From Auanema rhodensis (taxonomy: Eukaryota; Animalia; Nematoda): DNA of 64,000 nt. The stretch covers positions 10,292,001-10,356,000 of the forward strand of contig OZ059898.1 of NCBI GenBank assembly GCA_964057225.1. The letters are read 5' to 3'. A program made the translations under genes and the position numbers. Under the pieces are notes generated by a model, which worked only from the letters and a program-made list of their open reading frames with translations, was not told where the DNA came from and made no database searches. Below, one piece after another: positions 11,401 through 19,823 of the stretch; the first letter of the stretch is position 1, and the number at the start of each line of letters is the position of its first letter.

Positions 11401-13496
11401 AAGCATTTTCGGAGAGATGGGGGACGGAGAAGGGCTCCTCCAGTAGCTTTAGTACATAGCTGGTATGCTTCAGCTGTTGTAACCAGTGATAAGATTACTG
11501 ATAAAGCTACGGCTAAAGTCAAAGGAGATATCAGAGTCAAATTATTGACTCTTGAGCCTCTACCTCTGCCTCTATTGTTGTTATTTCCCCTAAAGGTACT
11601 GTTATTTCTCTGTCTATTATTGCTCATTTCTTGATTTTGTGATGCATTATGGCTTCTTTGATACCCATTTTGATTTTGATTCTGATAATTTCGACCGCGG
11701 TCACCAAAATTGCGGTTCCTAGCAAATGGGTTTTGGAAATTCCAGCCTTTTTGATTTTTTGAAAATTTATGATAATTTTGATTGTTTTGAAAGTTTGGAT
11801 GATAATTGTTATAATTATTATAATTTTGATAATTTTTATTATTAAAAGATTGATAACCTCTTGCCATACCTCTCCCACCATTGTTTCTGCGCGGGGGGAA
11901 AGTTCTTTCAATTGCGTTAACCAATAGCGCCTGAGGGTCTGCTACTTGGTTTGCAATTGATTCCTCCCAGCGAGCACTATCAACAGCCTCAGCAAAAGTT
12001 TTGGGTTTTGCTCGAATTACCCCTGGGCGTATCGTATTTTTCAAGCCTCTCAAAAATGTGGACCTCAGAATGTGATCTTTATGAGTATCACTATTAGAGA
12101 AAGCATTTAAGCTGAGGTTTCTTAACGTTTGTGCAAAACCATCAATTGATAAATCGCCTTGAGTGCTGTTTTGAAGTGTGATAAGGGCAGGGTCTTGATT
12201 GTATTCGGGACACAGCTTGGATGTTAACTCTTCTATTAGGGTAACCCAAGGTCCAGCAGTTCTGACCTTGTCAGGTAGCTCTAAATAAGCTTCCTCTGCT
12301 CTATCATTTTTCAATAGTAATGGTAAAATAGTTAGTCTTTCGGGCATCACTAAGCCTAAGGCGTTAGAAAAGGTATTAAACTTTGCCACGAAATCTCTAA
12401 AGTTACGACTTCCGTCGTATATGGGGCAATAAGGTGAGCTTAATGCGTGCGCAATGGTAGATTTACCAGCTCCCGGAAGACGTGGTGTCTCCGTCATGGT
12501 TGGTATATCCTCAGGGTATGTGCGAGATGACGTAATCCCTTTACTGCCTGAGCTTCTCGCCGTTAAATTCTTACCTCCCTTTTTCGAGTTACCAGATGTT
12601 GGATAACTAATGGTAGGGGCGGCTGAGGAGAACCGCTTCCCTGGGAGTTTGATAATTCGACTCGTTGCCTGAGGCGTCGAATGTATTGATACGCTTGAGC
12701 TGGGTATAGCGCTATCTGACTTATTAAGGGTTGGGTTGGAGGATACGTGAAGAGAGTTATCAACTTGTTCTGTTGTTACCTCCCCTGGAGACAAATTCAA
12801 AACTTTTATTAAGCGAGCTGTTAAAGATTTCTTACTTTTGAACTTATCAGTAGTTAGTGATAAGGGCAAAACTTCGGTAATTTCCTGATTTGGTTCTACG
12901 GGATTATTAGAGGTTGAGCGCCTACGCGGTGTATTAGTTTTTCTTTTATTAATTTTTTTAGAATCAAGCTTTTTCGAATCAAGCTTATCAGTGATAACTG
13001 ATAAGGGTGATTTGCGAATAGTGAGAGATGAGGTTTTATTAAGTTGTGAGTTTTCTATCGGAGTGGAAAATGCCTGCGGTGTTAGAGTTAGTTCAAAAGA
13101 AGATGCAAGATCGTTATCAGTATTAACTGATAAAGTTGATAAGTTTAGGTGGGGAGTGGCTGGTGAAGTATTAGAGGTTATTTGTTTTGGTTTTTGAATT
13201 TTTTGAATCTTTTTATTACTTTTAAAAGAGTGTACCTTTGGAGTTGAAGCTGAAGTTTGAATATTGTAGTCCTGAATATAGAAATCAGGGTCCTCCTCGG
13301 TGTTGTCCGGAGGTGAATACGTGCCTTCTCGAGGAATGAAGGTTTTCTCGACTTTGGGTTTTACCTCTTGTTCAGGCTCTTCAATCTGAACACTGAGGAG
13401 TCGAGTGCGGCTTCTGGTTCGACTGGCGACTGCGATGTCGTCACTGGACTCAGAAGGGTATAGAGCAGGGACGGCCGAAGAGTATCTTCGTGCCAC
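4791..13496 (-). CDS. Gag-Env-Pol polyprotein (2901 aa as called from GTG; true start uncertain, first ATG at 12497)
   Basis: Gag capsid motifs (YDGSRNF; FLRGLKNTIR; PKTFAEAV), signal peptide plus Cys-rich ectodomain plus TM, protease LWDSGS (8406-8414), RT YLDD (7083-7094), RNase H ESDGS/TDHRPL, integrase H-H-C-C and D,D-E (HMDVMGP, ITDRGSNF, QVERLHRTL). Confidence 0.95.
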   Translation of the reverse strand: MARRYSSAVPALYPSESSDDIAVASRTRSRTRLLSVQIEEPEQEVKPKVEKTFIPREGTYSPPDNTEEDPDFYIQDYNIQTSASTPKVHSFKSNKKIQKIQKPKQITSNTSPATPHLNLSTLSVNTDNDLASSFELTLTPQAFSTPIENSQLNKTSSLTIRKSPLSVITDKLDSKKLDSKKINKRKTNTPRRRSTSNNPVEPNQEITEVLPLSLTTDKFKSKKSLTARLIKVLNLSPGEVTTEQVDNSLHVSSNPTLNKSDSAIPSSSVSIHSTPQATSRIIKLPGKRFSSAAPTISYPTSGNSKKGGKNLTARSSGSKGITSSRTYPEDIPTMTETPRLPGAGKSTIAHALSSPYCPIYDGSRNFRDFVAKFNTFSNALGLVMPERLTILPLLLKNDRAEEAYLELPDKVRTAGPWVTLIEELTSKLCPEYNQDPALITLQNSTQGDLSIDGFAQTLRNLSLNAFSNSDTHKDHILRSTFLRGLKNTIRPGVIRAKPKTFAEAVDSARWEESIANQVADPQALLVNAIERTFPPRRNNGGRGMARGYQSFNNKNYQNYNNYNNYHPNFQNNQNYHKFSKNQKGWNFQNPFARNRNFGDRGRNYQNQNQNGYQRSHNASQNQEMSNNRQRNNSTFRGNNNNRGRGRGSRVNNLTLISPLTLAVALSVILSLVTTAEAYQLCTKATGGALLRPPSLRKCLLPPIKHILRTKVHLYTRNQTAHEWDAWRCSKEIHKMCIRDLLFLRDTNTTIARIEKIPAAECRLAVRDRRWNWSELKKIDSITYATDEPSFSPGRSFNNELCEEKARLVIERGVMTRMPDETIISNLILNTEGCLAHHGECASDTSIIIWEKQPYEYRCNYIDMSEYDVIIGDGIILLPTTQSALVIDQKEIPKQISSCFKQPIFHTTTGNYILLPQYPNDTNIHVLIEREYKKLPAKRDKRAIAECTVELNKEWIQKQEDFETLILNICPYPFLRPVMSNPGIYQIIPLIKARRAVNPSYSIIDWVSAHPEKFYFFLRSPVSDKSIQRFLQTYEIHDPEEAILYFLAQKELAATTRGAIRYLTSQQLLEQIGDRLTAHEFDEKLLEKDGSYRERAESIAMELAYTPVIFENNLSVPSRQEVLKSFVNMPPIRPTLTTDNADERIVLRNTLYLYHNLMTLRVIRPNKTAAAVDDEKFRQLTINVPDTNKLYRDKDSNYGISIGPHPRIQNPSADTRQLLIKTFLPLLEDIETPPYLTRRLSLTTTTDKPASLVQETTKSHTTRIPTTTTVETTTAAITTTLSPTTLATVTDTASRILRKQRTSSPPVETREIQAQATYTASKVNNEIQFNLNVSRRIAQDHLQYTTTLIQEELQKHFMESYESICEIQNRYLELWRSILHIEPTIAMRTILGREDIAARFVGSDIVHVHICLPLQPKAVYHNHKINDTCYLETPVITEDERLYFAAPGSRDLLTHGKEIDCEHVPTDVYYQNGEWININGSVEVKPISLFDKAQYHQLTPLKFTGANLYTNLSLRVYSMSTAIAYGASLASIRQNHVLHTIHNDPKITSAFNLLKKGSDYISKAAEFTTSAWTSVKQFLIGSIERTLIFIGSMVTIAAVLIILFVVAKFWFFRATPLTVMHVHEIDNEPPSYEETLELVSRPDQQMPDNIMKQYYPALVTFIPIAIPFVASIVSAETKLPLIYISVEDKLILALWDSGSSVSYVRLSTLKYLNMAENVKKRHLVAMAANKSTFTFYGKINLVIEIAGYEIEHTFLVSNDHDCPAPALIGLDFMKALDSENIDVSLKPSKKRLEIGNNAIPLIGNESIKHTEITVNIINLRTKTLKPDEEAPIPIKTDKPLESNEVVVLGDSGSALKSLYPTAFRDTSGVYVMFRNNTDETIAMEANSVIGQAIIGEIPACEPFKHKPILPYVPPEADWESKLPYFPRDFIKDLDLENADLTKEEKHELTKIIESHREAFLNEDRKIGLFKGPIEHTIPLRTDMDMPKPRITRIPLGKQEEIEKQVKEMLEQGIIEPSTSLFNSPVVLVKKKDDTYRFVTDFRALNNVTRKQTYVIPSISDIVDLAAGAQFFSNFDLVSGFFQISLRKSDRPLTAFTTTSGTYQYKRMPMGLCGAPHTFQTAVRYLQSKCSCKLFVYLDDLLVISDTREQHLKDIDDLLQAVEELGMKIKLKKCAFAQPEVKFLGLIVGRQGIKPDPQKVAAIQDYPAPKNATGVRAFLGMVGFFRKFMKDFARIASPLYDLTKADTEFKWENKHQEALDLLKRSLIQAPVLSPPKSDRLFIVESDGSNIAIGAVLLQPEDPKQPLKNLHPIAFASRKLVKAERNYAPIEIEALGLVYALNQFRTYILGTHTICITDHRPLTSLMTRRDLFGRLAKFQLVIQEYDIEIKYRAGQLNKVCDALSRYIGEEANDAKPETKKKKMEEIHINAINTPTIKEIQLSTPWIKRTIAEIEYRAQKNMTANDRYCVINDLLYTKPTDKKPQPAIVIPQEHPIIEEIIKVFHEDPTIAAHQGIIKTKEAILRRFYWTNMQNDITIFIKNCIKCAQRKKDPHSMTVQPIGHFEIPSKPFERVHMDVMGPFPPSKRNCTYVITMQDAFTKWSTTIAVPQITTEITIDRFLRHFVYIFGPPHRLITDRGSNFVSKKFEEMCTKLGIKHEPTLPHQKNSNGQVERLHRTLEEGLTHYLKEDLSDWDTVLPKITFAINNIQHATTGIAPYIALFGKECRMSMDAELPETITKIQEISEELLQRRPDMDKRDEIIKNRIAKNQENAKKKKDRTQRAHHRDIQPGDMVMTTIKSHQIGQKLRKSYDGPCEVINVEGSKVQIRNSSGKLQDIHKDNLKIFSPASQNISYNTRARFRESQAEEDSDIEIIEVINRNNKDSIDTEPEDENEDEIWLPRNEEE
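8604..11540 (-). other. env: Envelope-like glycoprotein region (probable class III fusogen, herpes gB/chuvirus G-like)
   Basis: Signal peptide LTLAVALSVILSLVTTAEA/YQLC, spaced Cys, N-glycosylation sequons (NQT, NTT, NWS, NDT, NVS, NGS, NLS), furin site RDKR (10674-10685), motif CEIQN..EPTIAMRTILGREDIAAR..C..CYLETPV..F..RDLL..C, TM at 8679-8741, PPSY. Fold assignment is by recognition, not by search. Confidence 0.8.
11550..12497 (-). other. gag: Gag region (capsid-like domain followed by an N/Q/R/G-rich tail; no CCHC knuckle)
   Basis: Retrotransposon-gag-like residue pattern, then RGMARGYQSFNNKNYQNYNNYNNY...NNNNRGRGRG. Confidence 0.8.
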
Positions 13497-13908
13497 TTTG
13501 GAATCACTCTTGGTTCGGAAAAACCGCGAGTGTTTCGTTATATGGGGGATGTTGACGTTGAATGAGTGACAAGAAATTCGGGTCGGTTATAGGAAAAGTA
13601 AGAAACGTTTGAAGATTGAGACGTGGCGTCTTTCGCCGAGAATCGTTATTAGATGAGAAAGAGTTTTAAAATCTTGGCCTGAGATCTGGCTCCGCCTATC
13701 TACCGTATTCTCTTTTCTTTATTCTATTTCACAGATGTTCATCAATTATAAATTTTTTTGGTCTTCGCTCTTTCTAGCCTCAATCTTAATACTTTACTCT
13801 AATTGAATTCTTGAAAGTATGAGAGAGATTTTCAGTCGTTTTATGTCCCCTTTTTATGCATAAGAATCTTTATATTTGTAGAGCTGAAAAAAAAAAATAA
13901 ATCAAAGA

Positions 13909-14442
13909 ATGGCTTATGAAGGTCTATCGGGAATGACTTTTGTCTTGAGGAAGCTGTACGCTGACCTCGTCTTGTATGATCAAGACGAAGTGTTAGCTTA
14001 TAGGCCGCACCCAGACATAATTAAGATGGTTGGTTAAAACAAAGAAACATGTTATCTTAATAAGAATTTTTAGTTTATTGAGGATTTAAAGATGCATTAT
14101 CTGGGAAGGGGATTAGTAAACTTCTCCCTAATGCAGGAAATAGCGGATGAGGTTGCAGCTATCCGGCGATGGTGCCTCACCGACTTGTGCGCGCATTGGT
14201 ATGAAAACCCAAATCTGGTCGCATCCCCTTGGAATTGGTATGAGCATAAGTCTCATGATTTTTATGATTATATGTCTAAAATTTTGTTTAAAATTTATTT
14301 ATTTTATGAACAGTCTCCTATGGGCTTATTGCTAAGGACCTCTGCGGATTCGGTGTATTCGCAGTATTTAGAGCCTAGCGATGAGCCCATCTCACAGCCT
14401 ATAGAATTTGTGAGACAGTTGCATTTTAAATGGGGCTTTTAA
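13909..14442 (+). CDS. Putative two-exon accessory gene antisense to the element (exons 13909-14028 and 14074-14442; 162 aa; unknown function)
   Basis: 40-codon exon MAYEGLSG...PDIIKM, 45-nt AT-rich intron GTTGGT...TTTTTAG, in-frame join to FIEDLK-MHYLGRG...KWGF*, AATAAA 16 nt after the stop. Confidence 0.65.
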
Positions 14443-14458
14443 CAATTGTTTCATATAT

Positions 14459-14464
14459 AATAAA
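14459..14464 (+). promoter_or_regulatory. Polyadenylation signal of the antisense gene
   Basis: AATAAA followed by a pyrimidine/T-rich tract at 14480-14510. Confidence 0.55.
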
Positions 14465-15412
14465 TACTTAATTTCACTCATTTGTTCTCTCTCTCTTTTT
14501 TTTTTTTTTCCATAACACAAACTTTGGTCGAGCTTATTAATAAAGAAGGAGTGCGTGCGCCTTGGGAAAATGGCTCATGTGCACGTTATTATTAAAAGCC
14601 GTGGGCGATTCTTTTTCGGAATGATTTTGGCATGCTAATGAGATTCCGAGAATATTTAAAAAGATTGCTCATTTTACTAATGGACTGAGACCAAAGCTCG
14701 TTTATAAAACGCAATTTTTTTCTTTAAACCATTCTACTAATTTATAGAATATTACAATATGAATACTACGGTAGGTGTGTGGGAATATCTTATGATGTTA
14801 GCAACAAAAATGAGCTGAGGAAGGTGACACATTCTACGGAGAAGAAAACATCCGTAGCCCATGTGCTTTCGCCAAAATGACCTGACAGGCAATAAAATTT
14901 GTGCCAGGATTTTTCGGACTAGTGTGGTCTATTCTCACAATCAAAAAAAAAATAAAAACCGAATAACGGCTCCCGCAAAAATATTTAGTTAGCATGCTCT
15001 TTTACGCCTGAATTTAACTTTCAAATCTCTAGTCCTGACCACAATAAAATATTAAACTTTGTGCGCTTTCAAAATTTCATTCTAACTCCTCGTTGCCAAA
15101 TAATAATGTAATCAAAATTTCGTTTGGTGAAATTGTCCCCTATTTCGATCCAAACGTCCTCAAAAAAAAATGCAAGAGAAGCGGTGCAGGATACGGTATT
15201 ATAAGGGTGGACACTCAGACGGTTTTATGAGTGGGGACAGCGGGTGAAATTTCAAAATTATGTAGTCCTAGCTCTCTAAAAGAGAGATCCCTTGTACCTG
15301 CACCTTATACAAGTTGGCGCCCTCATTATGTTGCTAACCGTGGAGGAAGTTTTAATTTAGATATCAAAATATGGACTTTTTATGCGAGTTTTTGCGACAA
15401 AAATGAGTTCGA

Positions 15413-15425
15413 GGTGGAACCTCCA
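15413..15425 (-). promoter_or_regulatory. Primer-binding site, tRNA-Gln
   Basis: Minus strand TGGAGGTTCCACC directly after the 5' LTR; complementary to the conserved eukaryotic tRNA-Gln 3' end GGTGGAACCT-CCA. Confidence 0.85.
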
Positions 15426-15791
15426 CGTTCCATTATGCTCCTACGTATATTGAACAGACCATTGTAGTCTGCTCAACTACGCGTATAGTATTCCATAAGT
15501 GTAGCGGTATGGAAACAGAGCATAAGGATTACATAAGATAAGGAAATATATAGGTTTATTATACACAATACAATATCATTACAATACATTAACACAAGGA
15601 TAAAGTAAACTACATTTACAAGACAAAGACTAATATATAAGATTAACTAAGTTAGATGCAAACCGTCCATGGGCTTGCAAAGGGGCGAACTCCCGAATAG
15701 GGGCATGAGGGAAGGCGGTGCCATTCCTCATTCCTCTAGTCGGTCTGGCTCTAACCCTGCAGTTACATATATAGAGTCTCCGAATGGAACG
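15426..15791 (-). repeat. 5' LTR (366 bp)
   Basis: Identical by eye to 3720-4085; followed by the PBS. Confidence 0.96.
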
Positions 15792-15795
15792 CTTG
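15792..15795. repeat. Target-site duplication CTTG (right copy)
   Basis: aatggaacg-CTTG-ttagattg. Confidence 0.85.
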
Positions 15796-16582
15796 TTAGA
15801 TTGTTTCCGAAAAATTATGAAAAGTCAAGTTCTACTGATTTGAAGAAAATTGTAAGTTTTAGAAAATAATTAAAAATAAGTTCTCTCTACTATTAACTGA
15901 TTGTCGGCTAAAATATGGTAACAGTTTTCATGAAAAGTTTCCATGATTAGGATTAAACAAAAAAAAGAATTAAAAAGAAACACTTCTTGTTTACTTACTT
16001 GATTATACTACTTGAAATTCGAAAAAAAGTAAAAAACAATTGAGAAAGCGACATAAACAGTTGAACGATTTGAAGAGAATTGTAAGTTTAAGAAAAGATT
16101 TAAAGTTTAGCTTTGTCTACTATTAACTGATTATCGGCTGAAATATGGTGACAGTTTTTTATTAAAAGTTTCCATGATTAAGATTAAACAAAGAAAAAAA
16201 AATCAAAGAGAAACACTTCTTATTTACTTACTTGATTATAATACTTGAAATTCCAAAAACAGTAAAATAAAACTGTTAAAGCGAGTAAAACTATTGAACG
16301 ATTTGAAGACAATTGTAAGTTGAAGAAAAAAATTAAAGTTTAGCTCTCTCTACTATTTAATGATTGTCGGCTAAAATATGGTAACAGTTTTTATTAAAAG
16401 TTTCCATGATTAAGATTGAACAAAGAAAAAAAAATCAAAGAGAAACACTTCTTGTTTACTAATTTGATTATAACACTTGAAAATCCAACAAAAGTAAAAT
16501 AAAACTGTAAAAGCGAGTAAAACTGTTGAAATAAAACAGTTTTTATCAAATATAAATGATGTTTTTTTATAAAACATGAAGT

Positions 16583-16653
16583 TGCATCGGCCGGGAATCG
16601 AACCCGGGTCGCCCGCGTGGCAGGCGAGCATTCTACCACTGAACCACCGATGC
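16583..16653 (-). tRNA. tRNA-Gly(GCC)
   Basis: Identical 71-nt copy. Confidence 0.97.
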
Positions 16654-17210
16654 TTGTTAGATTGTTTCCGAAAAATTATGAAAAGTCAAGTTCTACTGAT
16701 TTGAAGAGAATTGTAAGTTTTAGAAAAGAATTAAAGTTCAGCTATCTCTACTATTAACTGATTATCGGCTGAAATATGGTGACAGTTTTTTTTTAAAAGT
16801 TTCCATGATTAAGATTAATCAAAGGAAAAAAAATCAAAGAGAAACACTTCTTGTTTACTAATTTGATTATAACACTTGAAATTCCAACAAAAGTAAAGTA
16901 AAACTGTTAAAGCGAGTAAAACTGTTGAACAATTTGAAGACAATTGTAAGTTGAAGAATAAAATTAAAGTTTAGCTCTCTCTACTATTAACTGAATGTCG
17001 GCTAAAATATGGTAACAGTTTTTATTAAAAGTTTCCATGATTAAGATTAAACAAAGAAAAAAAATCAAAGAGAAACACTTCTTGTTTACTAATTTGATTA
17101 TAACACTTGAAATTCCAACAAAATAAAAAAAAACTGTGAAAGCGGGTAAAACTGTTGAACTAAAACAATCTTTATAAAATATAAATGATATTTTTTTATT
17201 AAAGTGATGT

Positions 17211-17281
17211 TGCATCGGCCGGGAATCGAACCCGGGTCGCCCGCGTGGCAGGCGAGCATTCTACCACTGAACCACCGATGC
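17211..17281 (-). tRNA. tRNA-Gly(GCC)
   Basis: Identical 71-nt copy; the proximal T-run is only T3. Confidence 0.96.
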
Positions 17282-17844
17282 TTCGAAAATGTTAGATTGT
17301 TTCCGAAAAATTATGAAAAGTCAAGTTCTACTGATTTGAAGAAAATTGTAAGTTTTAGAAAATAATTAAAAATAAGTTCTCTCTACTATTAACTGATTGT
17401 CGGCTAAAATATGGTAACAGTTTTCATGAAAAGTTTCCATGATTAGGATTAAACAAAAAAAAGAATTAAAAAGAAACACTTCTTGTTTACTTACTTGATT
17501 ATACTACTTGAAATTCGAAAAAAAGTAAAAAACAATTGAGAAAGCGACATAAACAGTTGAACGATTTGAAGAGAATTGTAAGTTTAAGAAAAGATTTAAA
17601 GTTTAGCTTTGTCTACTATTAACTGATTGTCGGCTAAAATATGGTAACAGTTTTTATTAAAAGTTTCCATGATTAAGATTGAACAAAGAAAAAAAAATCA
17701 AAGAGAAACACTTCTTGTTTACTAATTTGATTATAACACTTGAAAATCCAACAAAAGTAAAATAAAACTGTAAAAGCGAGTAAAACTGTTGAAATAAAAC
17801 AGTTTTTATTAAATATAAATGATATTTTTTTATAAAAATGAAGT

Positions 17845-17915
17845 TGCATCGGCCGGGAATCGAACCCGGGTCGCCCGCGTGGCAGGCGAGCATTCTACCA
17901 CTGAACCACCGATGC
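17845..17915 (-). tRNA. tRNA-Gly(GCC)
   Basis: Identical 71-nt copy. Confidence 0.97.
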
Positions 17916-18887
17916 TTCGAAAATGTTAGATTGTTTCCGAAAAATTATGAAAAGTCAAGTTCTACTGATTTGAAGAGAATTGTAAGTTTTAGAAAAGAAT
18001 TAAAGTTCAGCTATCTCTACTATTAACTGATTATCGGCTAAAATAAGGTAACAGTTTTTATTGAAAGTTTCCATGATTAAGATTAAACAAAGAAAGAAAA
18101 TCAATGAGAAACACTTCTTGTTTACTTATTTGATTATAACACTTGAAATTCCAAAAACAGTAGAATAAAATAGAGAAAGCGACGAAAAAAGTTGAACGAT
18201 TTGAAGAGAATTGTAAGTTTTAGAAAAGAATTAAAGTTCAGCTATCTCTACTATTAACTGATTATCGGCTAGAATAAGATAACAGTTTTTATTAAAAGTT
18301 TTCATGATTAGGATTAAACAAGAAAAAGAATCAAAAACACTTCTTGTTTACTTATTTGATTATAATACTTGAAATTCCAAAAACAGTAGAATAAAATAGA
18401 GAAAGCGACGAAAAAAGTTCAACGATTTGAAGAGAATTGTAAGTTTTAGAAAAGAATTAAAGTTCAGCTATCTCTAATATTAACTGATTATCGGCTGAAA
18501 TAAGGTAACAGTTTTTATTAAAGCGAGTAAAACTGTTGAACGATTTGAAGACAATCGGCTAAAATAAGGTAACAGTTTTTATTAAAGCGAGTAAAACTGT
18601 TGAACGATTTGAAGACAATTGTAAGTTGAAGAAAAAAATTAAAGTTTAGCTCTCTCTACTATTTAATGATTGTCGGCTAAAATATGGTAACAGTTTTTAA
18701 TAAAAGTTTCCATGATTAAGATTAAACAAAGAAAAAAAAATCAAAGAGAAACACTTCTTGTTTACTAATTTGATTATAACACTTGAAAATCCAACAAAAG
18801 TAAAATAAAACTGTAAAAGCGAGTAAAACTGTTGAAATAAAACAGTTTTTATTAAATATAAATGATATTTTTTTATAAAAATGAAGT

Positions 18888-18958
18888 TGCATCGGCCGGG
18901 AATCGAACCCGGGTCGCCCGCGTGGCAGGCGAGCATTCTACCACTGAACCACCGATGC
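18888..18958 (-). tRNA. tRNA-Gly(GCC)
   Basis: Identical 71-nt copy. Confidence 0.97.
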
Positions 18959-19752
18959 TTCGAAAATGTTAGATTGTTTCCGAAAAATTATGAAAAGTCA
19001 AGTTCTACTGATTTGAAGAGAATTGTAAGTTTTAGAAAAGAATTAAAGTTCAGCTATCTCTACTATTAACTGATTATCGGCTAAAATAAGGTAACAGTTT
19101 TTATTAAAAGTTTCCATGATTAAGATTAAACAAAGAAAAAAAATCAAAGAGAAACACTTCTTGTTTACTTATTTGATTATAATACTTGAAATTCCAAAAA
19201 CAGTAGAATAAAATAGAGAAAGCGACGAAAAAAGTTGAACGATTTGAAGAGAATTGTAAGTTTTAGAAAAGAATTAAAGTTCAGCTATCTCTACTATTAA
19301 CTGATTATCGGCTTAAATAAGGTAACAGTTTTTATTAAAAGTTTCCATGATTAAGATTAAACAAAGAAAAAAAATTAAAGAAAAACACTTCTTGTTTACT
19401 AATTTGATTATAACACTTGAAATTCCAACAAAAGTAAAGTAAAACTGTTAAAGCGAGTAAAACTGTTGAACGATTTGAAGACAATTGTAAGTTTCAGAAA
19501 AGAATTAAAGTTTAGCTCTCTCTACTATTAACTGAATGTCGGCTGAAATAAGGTAACAGTTTTTATTAAAAGTTTCCATGATTAAGATTAAACAAAGAAA
19601 AAAAATCAAAAAGAAACACTTCTTGTTTACTTACTTGATTATAATACTTGAAATTCAAAAAAAAGTAAAAAACAATTGAGAAAGCGGGTAAAACTGTTGA
19701 ACTAAAACAGTCTTTATAAAATATAAATGATATTTTTTTATAAAAGTGAAGT

Positions 19753-19823
19753 TGCATTGGCCGGGAATCGAACCCGGGTCGCCCGCGTGGCAGGCGAGCA
19801 TTCTACCACTGAACCACCGATGC
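19753..19823 (-). tRNA. tRNA-Gly(GCC), G68A variant
   Basis: Plus strand tgcattggcc instead of tgcatcggcc; C5-A68 acceptor-stem mismatch. Confidence 0.92.

Larger units (their letters stand above)
3720..15791 (-). mobile_element. Full-length Ty3/gypsy (Metaviridae) LTR retrotransposon with an envelope-like gene
   Basis: Two identical 366-bp LTRs, TSD, PBS, PPT; PR-RT-RNaseH-IN domain order with YLDD. Confidence 0.97.
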
